From Opitutaceae bacterium (GTDB lineage Bacteria; Verrucomicrobiota; Verrucomicrobiia; Opitutales; Opitutaceae), in the NCBI GenBank assembly GCA_005792355.1, contig SXSC01000090.1, forward strand, positions 550 to 64,549: a stretch of 64,000 bases of DNA. The letters run 5' to 3'. Shown piece after piece: positions 18,281 to 26,570 of this stretch. Positions within the stretch are counted from its first letter, which is position 1; each line of letters begins with the position of its first letter. Both the position numbers and the translations under genes were made by a program. The notes under the pieces were generated by a model, which saw only the letters and a program-made list of their open reading frames with translations, was not told where the DNA came from and made no database searches.

Positions 18281-20632
18281 ATGCAAACTCCAAAACTGCT
18301 CTTGTGTGCCGCGGCGGCGCTGTTTTTCAGCGCGAGCATCGCGGCCCTGCCGATCGATCAGCGCCCGGCGAAACCCGATGAGTGGGGCTATCGCCCGGCC
18401 GACGGTGCGGCGGTACCGTTGAATCCGCCGTCGTTCACCTGGATCGCGCCGACGAATGCGGCGACCTACGCGGTGCAGTGGTCGCGGGATCGCGCGTTCC
18501 CGGCGGCGACGACGACTACCGTTGAGGGCGTGGTGTGGCCGACGTACACGCACTCGGAGGCTGTTGCGCCGGGCACGTATTACTGGCGGTATCGGGCGGT
18601 GACGGCGAAGGACGAGGTCACCGAATGGAGTGTGGCGCGCCGCGTCGAGGTCCCGGCCGGAGCGGCCACGCTCCCAATGCCGACGCTCGCGCAGCAACGC
18701 GCGAAAGTGCCGCAGTCGCACCCGCGGCTCTTCTTGCGCCCGGAAAATTTGCCACGGCTGCGCGAACTCGCGCGCGGACGTGAAGCGACCGCGTTCGCCG
18801 CGCTGCGGAAGGCGGCGGATGCGTTCATCAAGGCCGGCCCGACGCCGGAGCCGGAGCACAAGGGATCGGCGCGCGACAAAAACAACGCCGAACTGATCAA
18901 GTACTGGTGGCCGAATCGCGTGCAGACGGAGAAGGCTTGCGACGAAGCCGAGACAATCGCGTTCGTGTACTTGATGACCGGAGACAAAGCCTACGGTGAG
19001 GCGGCGCGCCGCTGGGTGCTGCATCTCGCCTCGTGGGATCCGAAGGGCAACACGAACTTCACGCTCAATTGCGAGGCGGGCAAACCCCTGCTCTACCGTC
19101 CGGCGCGCGCGTACGACTGGGCGTGGGATATGTTCACGCCGGCGGACCGCGCCAAGGTCCAGGCGGCGATGCGCGAGCGGGTGATCGACGCGTGGAACAG
19201 CAGCGAGGTTTCCCGCGGGGTGGGGCACCTGCAGCGGCCCTTCGGGAGCCATGCCAACCGGGTGTGGCACAAAATCGCGGAGACGGGCATCGCGTTTCTC
19301 GATGAGATCCCAGAGGCGCCGCAGTGGCTCGACTACGCGGTGAACAAGTTCTTCGCATGTTATCCCGTGTGGTCGGATGACGACGGGGGCTGGCACGAGG
19401 GCGTGAGCTACTGGAGCGGCTACCAGAACAAGACGGTCTGGTGGTTGCAGGTGGCGCAGTCGGCGCTCGGCCTCGACGGGCTGAAGAAGCCGTTCTTCGC
19501 GCAGGTCGGCGACTATCCGTTGTACCTCGCGCCGCCGCATTCGCCCAACGCGGGCTTTGGGGATTTGTCGTTCCGGGCGATCACGGCGCCCAGTTTTATC
19601 GAGTACCATGTGCGGGCGCGCAGCGCGAGTGGCGATGGCGGCAACGCCGCATATTGGCGCTGGTGGGCGAAGGAAAATGGCATGCGCGAGAACGGTGGCT
19701 TTCTCGGCTTCCTCTACCGAGCAAATCTCCCAGCGATGCCGGCACCGCGGCCGCCCGCCGATCTGCCGCCCTCGAAGGTTTTTCACGGAATTGGCGTGGC
19801 CAGTCTGCACACCACGCTGCTCGACAGCCGCGAAGACGTGCACCTCGCGTTCAAGGCGAGCCCGTTCGGGTCACAGAGCCACGGACATAATCCGCAAAAT
19901 TCGTTCCTCCTGAACGCCTATGGCGAGGCGCTGCTCGTCGCGAACGGCTACCGCGATCTGCACGGCAGCAAATTTCACTACGAATTCGTGCACACGACGC
20001 GGGCGCAGAACGCGGTGCTTGTCAACGGCGAGGGCCAGCTGCCGCACTCGGTAAATTCGACGGGGCGGATCGTGCGCGAACAACTCACGCCGGCCTACGA
20101 TTACATCGCGGGCGACGCGACACTGGCTTACGGGGTGCGGCTCCAAAAGGCGTGGCGCCATGTGGTGTTCGTGAAAGGCACGAATCCCCTCGTCGTGTTC
20201 TACGACGAACTCGTGGCGCCCGAGCCGGCGACGTTTCAATTCATGCTGCATGGCTTGAAGGCATTCACGATCGACGAGGCGGCGGCGCGGCTGCGGATCG
20301 ATCAGCCGGGCGCGGGACTCGAGGTCGCGTACTTGTCGCCGGTGCCGCTCGCGTTCGCGCAGACGGATGGATTCAAGCCGGCGCCGTCGCGGGAGTTTCC
20401 GAACATCTGGCACGTCGAGGCGGGCACGACGGAGAAGCGGACCGCGCTCGGCGTCGTCACCGTGTTGGTGCCGCATCGCGCAGGTCAGGCGGCGAAGTGG
20501 CAGGCGAAGCGCGTTGATTCCGGCGGCGGAGGAACGACCGCGGAGATCACGCTTGGCGGGAGAACGCACACCATCCGTTTCCCCGCGCCCGGCGGCGAGC
20601 AGCCCGTGCAGGTGCGGTTGGCTGCGAAGTAA
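18281..20632 (+). CDS. Heparinase II/III-family polysaccharide lyase-like protein (DUF4962-type N-terminus)
   Basis: Signal peptide; N-terminal NPPSFTW...YYWRYR domain; DGGWHEGVSYW, SHGHNPQNSF, AQNAVLVNGEGQ. Confidence 0.85.
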   Translation: MQTPKLLLCAAAALFFSASIAALPIDQRPAKPDEWGYRPADGAAVPLNPPSFTWIAPTNAATYAVQWSRDRAFPAATTTTVEGVVWPTYTHSEAVAPGTYYWRYRAVTAKDEVTEWSVARRVEVPAGAATLPMPTLAQQRAKVPQSHPRLFLRPENLPRLRELARGREATAFAALRKAADAFIKAGPTPEPEHKGSARDKNNAELIKYWWPNRVQTEKACDEAETIAFVYLMTGDKAYGEAARRWVLHLASWDPKGNTNFTLNCEAGKPLLYRPARAYDWAWDMFTPADRAKVQAAMRERVIDAWNSSEVSRGVGHLQRPFGSHANRVWHKIAETGIAFLDEIPEAPQWLDYAVNKFFACYPVWSDDDGGWHEGVSYWSGYQNKTVWWLQVAQSALGLDGLKKPFFAQVGDYPLYLAPPHSPNAGFGDLSFRAITAPSFIEYHVRARSASGDGGNAAYWRWWAKENGMRENGGFLGFLYRANLPAMPAPRPPADLPPSKVFHGIGVASLHTTLLDSREDVHLAFKASPFGSQSHGHNPQNSFLLNAYGEALLVANGYRDLHGSKFHYEFVHTTRAQNAVLVNGEGQLPHSVNSTGRIVREQLTPAYDYIAGDATLAYGVRLQKAWRHVVFVKGTNPLVVFYDELVAPEPATFQFMLHGLKAFTIDEAAARLRIDQPGAGLEVAYLSPVPLAFAQTDGFKPAPSREFPNIWHVEAGTTEKRTALGVVTVLVPHRAGQAAKWQAKRVDSGGGGTTAEITLGGRTHTIRFPAPGGEQPVQVRLAAK

Positions 20633-20772
20633 GGAAAGCTGACCGGCAGGGCCTGGACTTCGCCGGGCCTCCTTGCACCGGCCTTGGCAGGGAGCGCGTT
20701 TGCGTTCTACAGGGGCGGTGAAGACCGGGATTCGAATCGCCCGCGAAGCCTTGGGCGGTTACTTGATCCCGC

Positions 20773-21813
20773 GTGAGGAAATCACCCGGCCACACCTCCG
20801 ATTGCGGAAGCTTTACACGGCGTTTCGCTCAATTTGCGTTTCTCGCCGGAACCTGGCTTCTCGGGGTGAACGGGACGAGCGCCGCCGAACCGGCTCCGCA
20901 CGGGGAAATTGTCGAAACGACCTCGATCCGCCTCGGCGAGTTGTCCGTCCGATTGCGGGACAACACCGGGTCACCCAAAACCTCCCTCAGCGGGGTCGAT
21001 TCGCTCTTCCACGTCGCGGCGGCGGGGGATTTCGATGCGTTCGATCCCGACGCCGCGGGCGCCTCCGCGGGGTTGAATTTCGAGCATGTAATCTCCGGGC
21101 ATCCCAACCAGGCAAACTCGTTTACGTCGCGCCACGGCCGCTACGAACTGCAACACCTGCCCGGCAGCGCTTCCGCCGTGCTGGTGCGCAAAGCGGAGGA
21201 CGATCCGTGGTCGTTGTCATCGACGTTCAAGTACACGGTGCGGCCGCCGCACTACCTCGATTTCGAGTTCCAGTGTCAGGCGCACCGCCCAGAGTTGTTC
21301 GGCCGGCGCGGGTACGCGGTGTTGTTTTTTGCGGACTACATGAATGATGTGGCCGACATCGCCCTGCATTTCCGCGGCATCGAGGCGCCCGGTGCACCGG
21401 AGCGGTGGATTCGCGCCGAAGCACCGCCGGGCCACGCCGACCACCGGAGCGGGGGCACCTACCGCAGCGCACCCGCGGCGGACCTCGCCTACGATGCCGA
21501 CCACAACTTCAAGCTCAACCTCTGGAGCTACGACTGGCCGCGCTTCACGGCGCCGTTCTACTACGGCCGCGCGGTTCGCGACATGGCTTTCGTCCTCATG
21601 TTCGACCGGCTGCATACGCCCGAGGACGAAATCCGTTTCAGCCTGTTCAAGTTCAAGGTGCCCAAACGCCCGCGCCCCGCGTGGGATTTCCAGTACGTGA
21701 TCCACCGGGTTGAAGCGGGCCGGACCTACGGCTTTAAGGGGCGGCTGGTGTGGAAGAGATTCGTCAGCCCGGAAGACTGCGCGGAGGAATACCGGCGGTG
21801 GAGCGGGAAGTGA
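20773..21813 (+). CDS. Secreted hypothetical protein, possibly galactose-mutarotase-like beta-sandwich
   Basis: Aromatic-rich ORF with signal-like segment FAFLAGTWLLGVNGTSAA; motifs GLNFEH and PAWDFQYVI. The fold assignment is a guess. Confidence 0.65.
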   Translation: MRKSPGHTSDCGSFTRRFAQFAFLAGTWLLGVNGTSAAEPAPHGEIVETTSIRLGELSVRLRDNTGSPKTSLSGVDSLFHVAAAGDFDAFDPDAAGASAGLNFEHVISGHPNQANSFTSRHGRYELQHLPGSASAVLVRKAEDDPWSLSSTFKYTVRPPHYLDFEFQCQAHRPELFGRRGYAVLFFADYMNDVADIALHFRGIEAPGAPERWIRAEAPPGHADHRSGGTYRSAPAADLAYDADHNFKLNLWSYDWPRFTAPFYYGRAVRDMAFVLMFDRLHTPEDEIRFSLFKFKVPKRPRPAWDFQYVIHRVEAGRTYGFKGRLVWKRFVSPEDCAEEYRRWSGK

Positions 21814-21894
21814 GATCAACCGTGGCCGGCCGGCGGATTTGAGCCGGAAGGATCCGAGTTAACTTGACGCAGGGGGAACCGCTGGCGGCGCGGG

Positions 21895-24621
21895 TTATTG
21901 CAGGCTCTTGATATAGAGAATCAGCGCCTCGATTTGCGAAGGGTTGAGCACGCCGGCGTAGCTGGGCATGGCGTATTCGCCCTTCTCGAATCCGGCGGCG
22001 ACCTTGGCGGTGGGGTCGAGGATCGACTCGCGGAGATAGGTCTCGTCGGCCTGCACCTGGCTGGCTTTTCCGGCGACAAACACCTTTCGCTCCGTGCCGT
22101 AGAGTCCCTGCCAGGGCGGGCCGGAGCGGGCGATGGCGGGATTGAGGTTTGAGCCGTGACAGGTGATGCAGGCGAAGAGCTGCGACAACCGGCCGCCTTC
22201 TTCGGCGGTCACCGGGCCGCTGGCCTGGACCGCCGCCGCGCGTGGCGTGAGATCGACCGTGAGGTCGCCGAAGCCTTCCGCCCGCGAATCGAATTTCGCG
22301 AGTTCGTACGGTGTCGTGTAGGCGTTGTCGTCGAAGCGCGCCCCTCCGGCGGTTGCGAGCGACCAGCCGATGCGGAGCTGCATCACCGGCTTCATCCCGG
22401 GCACGCCCACGAACACGCTGCGGCTGTCGGGCGCCAGGTAGGCGCTGCTGGCCGTCAACGCGTCCTGTCCGGGCGTGCCGTCGGCCTTGTATTGAGGAGA
22501 GCCATACTTGTAGGTGCGCTCGTAGGCCCACGACTGGAGCGAGTAGCTGGAGGGGTCGCGCGCCTTGGCGGGATCGAGGGCCACCTCGAAGCGCAGCAGC
22601 ACGCCCCGGTCCATCGGCACGACTTCGCGCGGGAGGGTCACGGGCCCGCCCGTGTAACGCACGCGGCCGAGGCCGGCGGGCACGTCGATGATGTTGCCCC
22701 AGCCGAGCACCTGGAAACCGGCGATGTACAGCAGACCGTCGGCCGGGTTGACCGAACCGTTGAGCGGCGGGAACTCGAAGGCGCGGGTGATGCTCACGAC
22801 CGCGGCCTGCGGCCGCGTGCCGCGTTGGTTGAAAAGCACGTGAAACAACTCGGGCTTGTTATAGCCGATGTGGACCAGCGTGTCGTTCAGCGGCCCGAGG
22901 CGGGCGTCGTGGAGCCACGCCTGCGAGAGAGCCGAGGCATTGACGGGGTGGGGCAGCCAGGTGAGCGGCTCGGCAATGGGCGCGGGATATTCTTGGCGCG
23001 GCACGAAGGGCGCGAGGAATCCGTAGAACTGCGCGTCGCGCACGATGTGCAGGGGGGTCGACGGGATGTACTGGCCCTGTTGATCGCTCGCGGTGACGAG
23101 GCCGGTGCGGGGGTTGACGCCGATGTTGGGCTGACGAAAACCGTATCCGAGCACGGTGGAGCGCGTCCCGTCGGCGGAGATGCGCAGCACGCTGCCGTTG
23201 TGTTTTCCTTGGGTGGTCGCCTGCTGGCCGCCCTTGGCGATCACGAATTCACCGCCGGGCGCGAGCCGTACCTGCGAGGGAAATTCGCGCATGTCGGCGG
23301 TCTGTGCGAAGGCGTTGGAGAACAGTTCGTGGACGTCGGCCTCGCCGTCGCCGTTGGTGTCGCGCAGGCGCCAGAGGCCGTTGCGATCGAAGGCGAAGAG
23401 TTCCTCGTCGCGAATCACGAGCGACATCGGCTCGTGCAGGCCGGAGGCAAAGCGCCGCCAGTAGGCCTGGCCGCTGGACTTGTGCAGCTCGCGCAGAAGC
23501 CAGACGTCGCCGTCGATGGTTACGACGGCCGCGGTGCCGTCCTTGAAAAACTGGATGTCAGACGGCCGCACCGCGCGACGCCATGGATTGATCTCCGGCA
23601 GGTCGATGTGGTCGACGACATAGGCCGCCTTGGTCCCCGAAGGCGTGAGGGTCGTAGCGATTTCCTGCGGCCAGCGTGGCGTGGGTGGACCGCTGGGCAA
23701 GGGTCGGACCGCCACCGGAGCGACGGAGACGTTGGGACCGTTCACGAAGGCGACCGCGAAATTCAACGGAGCGCGGCGGGCGGGCAAGCGGACACTGGCG
23801 ACATTGTTTTCCGTCACGAGTTCGACGCCGCCCTGAGAGTCGGGTGCGACGCCGAGCGACAGCACGGTCGCGGCTGATTTCACGCCGAGCACGAGGCGCA
23901 GGGTCTCGCCCGATGCGGCGATTTGGAAGTGGCGCTCGACGGTCGGCTGTGCGGCAGGACCGGAAGCGGTCAGCCACTCCCGCACGCTGGTGGCGCCGAC
24001 GGTGTACTCGAGCACGACGGTGTCGCCGACGAGGCGCAGGGAGTTGAAGCGCCCCAGGGCCTCCGGCAGCGCGCCGCGGCCCACTTCCTCGGGGCTGGGC
24101 GCCGGCTCGCGCGGGTCAGCGAGTGAAAGGGTGAGGCCCGTCTGCCACCCGGGGTAGATGCCGGTGGCGATCCACAGCCTGCCGTCGGGTCGCGGCAAAC
24201 CCTCCTGGCCGCCGGGAGTTTTCCGGGAGATGTCGTGATACGAGCCCGGGGCGAGGGCGGTGGGGCTGACGCCGTTGCCGCGCCAGAGGGCGACGACGCG
24301 CAACAGGTCGGGATCGAAGCAGGCCCAGCAATTGCTCCCAAGGTTCAGCACGAGGCCGCGCGGCGAGAGATTGTCAGCGGGGAGGCCGGCGCCCGCCTTC
24401 CGCGCATCGAGCACCGAGGAGAAGAAGGGGAAATTGGGTTCGACCCAGTCGGCGAGCGGCGAGGAAGCGGACGATGCTGGTTGGGCGGTGGCAGCCTGCG
24501 GGGCTTTCTTTGCCCTCGGTGCTTTGGGCTCCGCGGCGGGGACGGCGCAGGCCAGCGCGCAAGCTGCCAGCGTCAGCCAGGCCCGGGTGACGTGCGAGGC
24601 GCGGAGAGGGTGATGGATCAT
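21895..24621 (-). CDS. DUF6797-type protein with sugar-dehydrogenase-like beta-propeller and C-terminal cytochrome c
   Basis: Signal peptide; FASGLHEPM, RDTNGDGEAD, GFRQPN propeller motifs; CITCH heme motif followed by YLRESILDP...MPSY. Confidence 0.8.
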   Translation of the reverse strand: MIHHPLRASHVTRAWLTLAACALACAVPAAEPKAPRAKKAPQAATAQPASSASSPLADWVEPNFPFFSSVLDARKAGAGLPADNLSPRGLVLNLGSNCWACFDPDLLRVVALWRGNGVSPTALAPGSYHDISRKTPGGQEGLPRPDGRLWIATGIYPGWQTGLTLSLADPREPAPSPEEVGRGALPEALGRFNSLRLVGDTVVLEYTVGATSVREWLTASGPAAQPTVERHFQIAASGETLRLVLGVKSAATVLSLGVAPDSQGGVELVTENNVASVRLPARRAPLNFAVAFVNGPNVSVAPVAVRPLPSGPPTPRWPQEIATTLTPSGTKAAYVVDHIDLPEINPWRRAVRPSDIQFFKDGTAAVVTIDGDVWLLRELHKSSGQAYWRRFASGLHEPMSLVIRDEELFAFDRNGLWRLRDTNGDGEADVHELFSNAFAQTADMREFPSQVRLAPGGEFVIAKGGQQATTQGKHNGSVLRISADGTRSTVLGYGFRQPNIGVNPRTGLVTASDQQGQYIPSTPLHIVRDAQFYGFLAPFVPRQEYPAPIAEPLTWLPHPVNASALSQAWLHDARLGPLNDTLVHIGYNKPELFHVLFNQRGTRPQAAVVSITRAFEFPPLNGSVNPADGLLYIAGFQVLGWGNIIDVPAGLGRVRYTGGPVTLPREVVPMDRGVLLRFEVALDPAKARDPSSYSLQSWAYERTYKYGSPQYKADGTPGQDALTASSAYLAPDSRSVFVGVPGMKPVMQLRIGWSLATAGGARFDDNAYTTPYELAKFDSRAEGFGDLTVDLTPRAAAVQASGPVTAEEGGRLSQLFACITCHGSNLNPAIARSGPPWQGLYGTERKVFVAGKASQVQADETYLRESILDPTAKVAAGFEKGEYAMPSYAGVLNPSQIEALILYIKSLQ

Positions 24622-24761
24622 GGAAACGTGGGAGAGGAATGCGAGCCAGGTGGCCGTGGCGCGGAGGTTTACCACTACGCGGTTCGCGCCTCGGCGGAAG
24701 GAAAATTCCCGCGAGTGCAGGGGCAGGGCGGGCGCGTCTGCCAGTTTACGGAATCCGTCTT

Positions 24762-24826
24762 ATGGAGTGCGGGTGCCCTCACCCGCCGATTGAACGATTG
24801 CGCGGGGTGAGGGCACCCCGCCTCCA
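24762..24826. repeat. REP doublet
   Basis: tggagtgcgggtgccctcacccgc ... gcggggtgagggcaccccgcctcca, imperfect inverted pair. Confidence 0.65.
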
Positions 24827-24831
24827 TCGAT

Positions 24832-24854
24832 CTTGTCACGTAATACGTGACAAG
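24832..24854. promoter_or_regulatory. Perfect 23-bp palindrome, TGTCA-N3-AWT-N3-TGACA family
   Basis: CTTGTCACGTA-A-TACGTGACAAG, between divergent genes and ~90 bp upstream of the sulfatase start. Confidence 0.6.
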
Positions 24855-24946
24855 TTTCCCGGGTGGGTTTTCCGCGGATCGACCGGCCCCGGGGATCTGG
24901 GCTTGTCGTTGGCGCCCCTTCGGTCCGAAGCTGGCTTCCCCTCCCC

Positions 24947-26464
24947 ATGAAAAAAATCCTCCCGCTGGCGAGCCTCGTTTTGGCGCTCGTGCCTCCGCTG
25001 GCTTCCGCCGCCGCGGCCCGGCCGAATATCCTCTGGTTCATCGCCGACGACATGTCGCCGAATTTCTCGTGCTACGGTGAAAAGCTGATTGAAACGCCGC
25101 ACGTCGACCGGCTGGCGCGTGAAGGCACGCGGTTCAGCCGGGCGTTCACGGCGGCGCCGGTGTGCTCGCCGTGCCGCTCGGGGTTCATCACCGGGATGTA
25201 CCAGACCGCGATTGGCGCGCACCATCACCGCAGCGGCCGCGGAGTGGAGAAGATTCTGCTGCCGGACGGCGTCGCGCCGACCCCGCGGCGGCTGCAGCAG
25301 GCGGGTTATTACACCTGCATTGGTAGCGGGCTTCCGAATACAAGCCGGACGGGCAAGACGAAAGCCGAACGGAAGGGCGGCGGGGACGGCCTCGGCAAGA
25401 CCGACTATAATTTCGAATGGAGCCCCGCGATGTATGACAGCAGCGACTGGGCGGGAAGGAAGCCGGGCCAGCCGTTTTTTATGCAGGTGATGACAGGGGG
25501 CGGCAAGCTGCGCGGTGGTTCCGACGAGACCGCCCGGCGCCTGGCTGAGCGCGCCCGGGCGGAGCTGGGTGGCGCGACCGATCCCGCGAAAGTCGTGTTG
25601 CCGCCCTATTATCCGCGCGACCCGGTGATGCTGCGCGACTGGGCGGCGTACCTGGATGCAGTGCGCTTCACCGACAAACACGTCGGCGACGTTATCGCGC
25701 GGCTGGAAAAAGAAGGCATCCTCGATCAGACGCTGGTGATTTTCACGACCGACCACGGCATCAGCCACGCGCGCGGGAAGCAGTTTCTCTATGACGAGGG
25801 CACGCACGTGCCGTTCGTCGTCCGCGGACCGGGCATTCCGCGAGGTCAGGTGCGTGAAGACCTGATCGAGCTGATTGACCTCACGCCGATCTCCCTCGCC
25901 GCCGCCGGTGTGCCGCTGCCCGGGGGCATGCAGGCGAAAAACGTGTTCGCGGCGGCCTACCGGCCGCGGGAGTTTGCCTTTGCCGCGCGCGATCGTTGCG
26001 ACGAGACCGTCGAGCGGTTGCGCAGCGTGCGGAGCGATCGGTTTCTCTACATCCGCAATTTCCATCCGCAGCGCCCCCACCTGCAGCCCAACGCGTACAA
26101 GGACGGCAAGTCGATCGTGCAGACGCTCCGCACCCTGCACGCGGCGGGCAAACTCGACCGGTTGACGGAGCAACTCCTCTTCCGGCCGACGCGTCCGGCG
26201 GAGGAGCTCTACGAATGGACGACGGATCGCTGGCAGGTGAAAAACCTCGCGGGCGATCCCGCGCAGCGCGGCACGCTCGAAACCTTGCGCGCGCGGCTCG
26301 ACCGCTGGATGGCCGAGACCGGTGATCGCGGCCCGGAATCCGAGGCGATGTACGACAGCGACATGGAGGTTTATCTCGGCGGCCGGGCGAACAAGGGCAA
26401 GGGCGAGACGGTCACGGAGAAGAACATCGCGCAGATGAAGCAGTGGGCGCGGGAGGGGAAGTAG
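24947..26464 (+). CDS. Sulfatase (Cys-type, N-sulfoglucosamine sulfohydrolase-like)
   Basis: Signal peptide; PNILWFIADD, VCSPCRSGFITG, FTTDHG, RGKQFLYDEG, ARDRCDE. Confidence 0.93.
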   Translation: MKKILPLASLVLALVPPLASAAAARPNILWFIADDMSPNFSCYGEKLIETPHVDRLAREGTRFSRAFTAAPVCSPCRSGFITGMYQTAIGAHHHRSGRGVEKILLPDGVAPTPRRLQQAGYYTCIGSGLPNTSRTGKTKAERKGGGDGLGKTDYNFEWSPAMYDSSDWAGRKPGQPFFMQVMTGGGKLRGGSDETARRLAERARAELGGATDPAKVVLPPYYPRDPVMLRDWAAYLDAVRFTDKHVGDVIARLEKEGILDQTLVIFTTDHGISHARGKQFLYDEGTHVPFVVRGPGIPRGQVREDLIELIDLTPISLAAAGVPLPGGMQAKNVFAAAYRPREFAFAARDRCDETVERLRSVRSDRFLYIRNFHPQRPHLQPNAYKDGKSIVQTLRTLHAAGKLDRLTEQLLFRPTRPAEELYEWTTDRWQVKNLAGDPAQRGTLETLRARLDRWMAETGDRGPESEAMYDSDMEVYLGGRANKGKGETVTEKNIAQMKQWAREGK

Positions 26465-26486
26465 GCACGCCGGCCCAACGCCGACG

Positions 26487-26567
26487 CGTTCCTCGTTCTC
26501 CCCCGGATTTGACGCGGCGCGTGCCGTTTCCGGGAGAACGAGAACGATTACGAGGAACGAGAACGAT
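26487..26567. repeat. GAGAAC/GATTAC hexamer-based inverted repeat between convergent genes
   Basis: cgttcctcgttctccc ... gggagaacgagaacgattacgaggaacgagaacgat. Confidence 0.6.
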
Positions 26568-26570
26568 CGT

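Noticed and set aside
26487-26567. Possible CRISPR or tandem array
   Set aside because: Hexamer units with no unique spacers, and no cas genes in the window.
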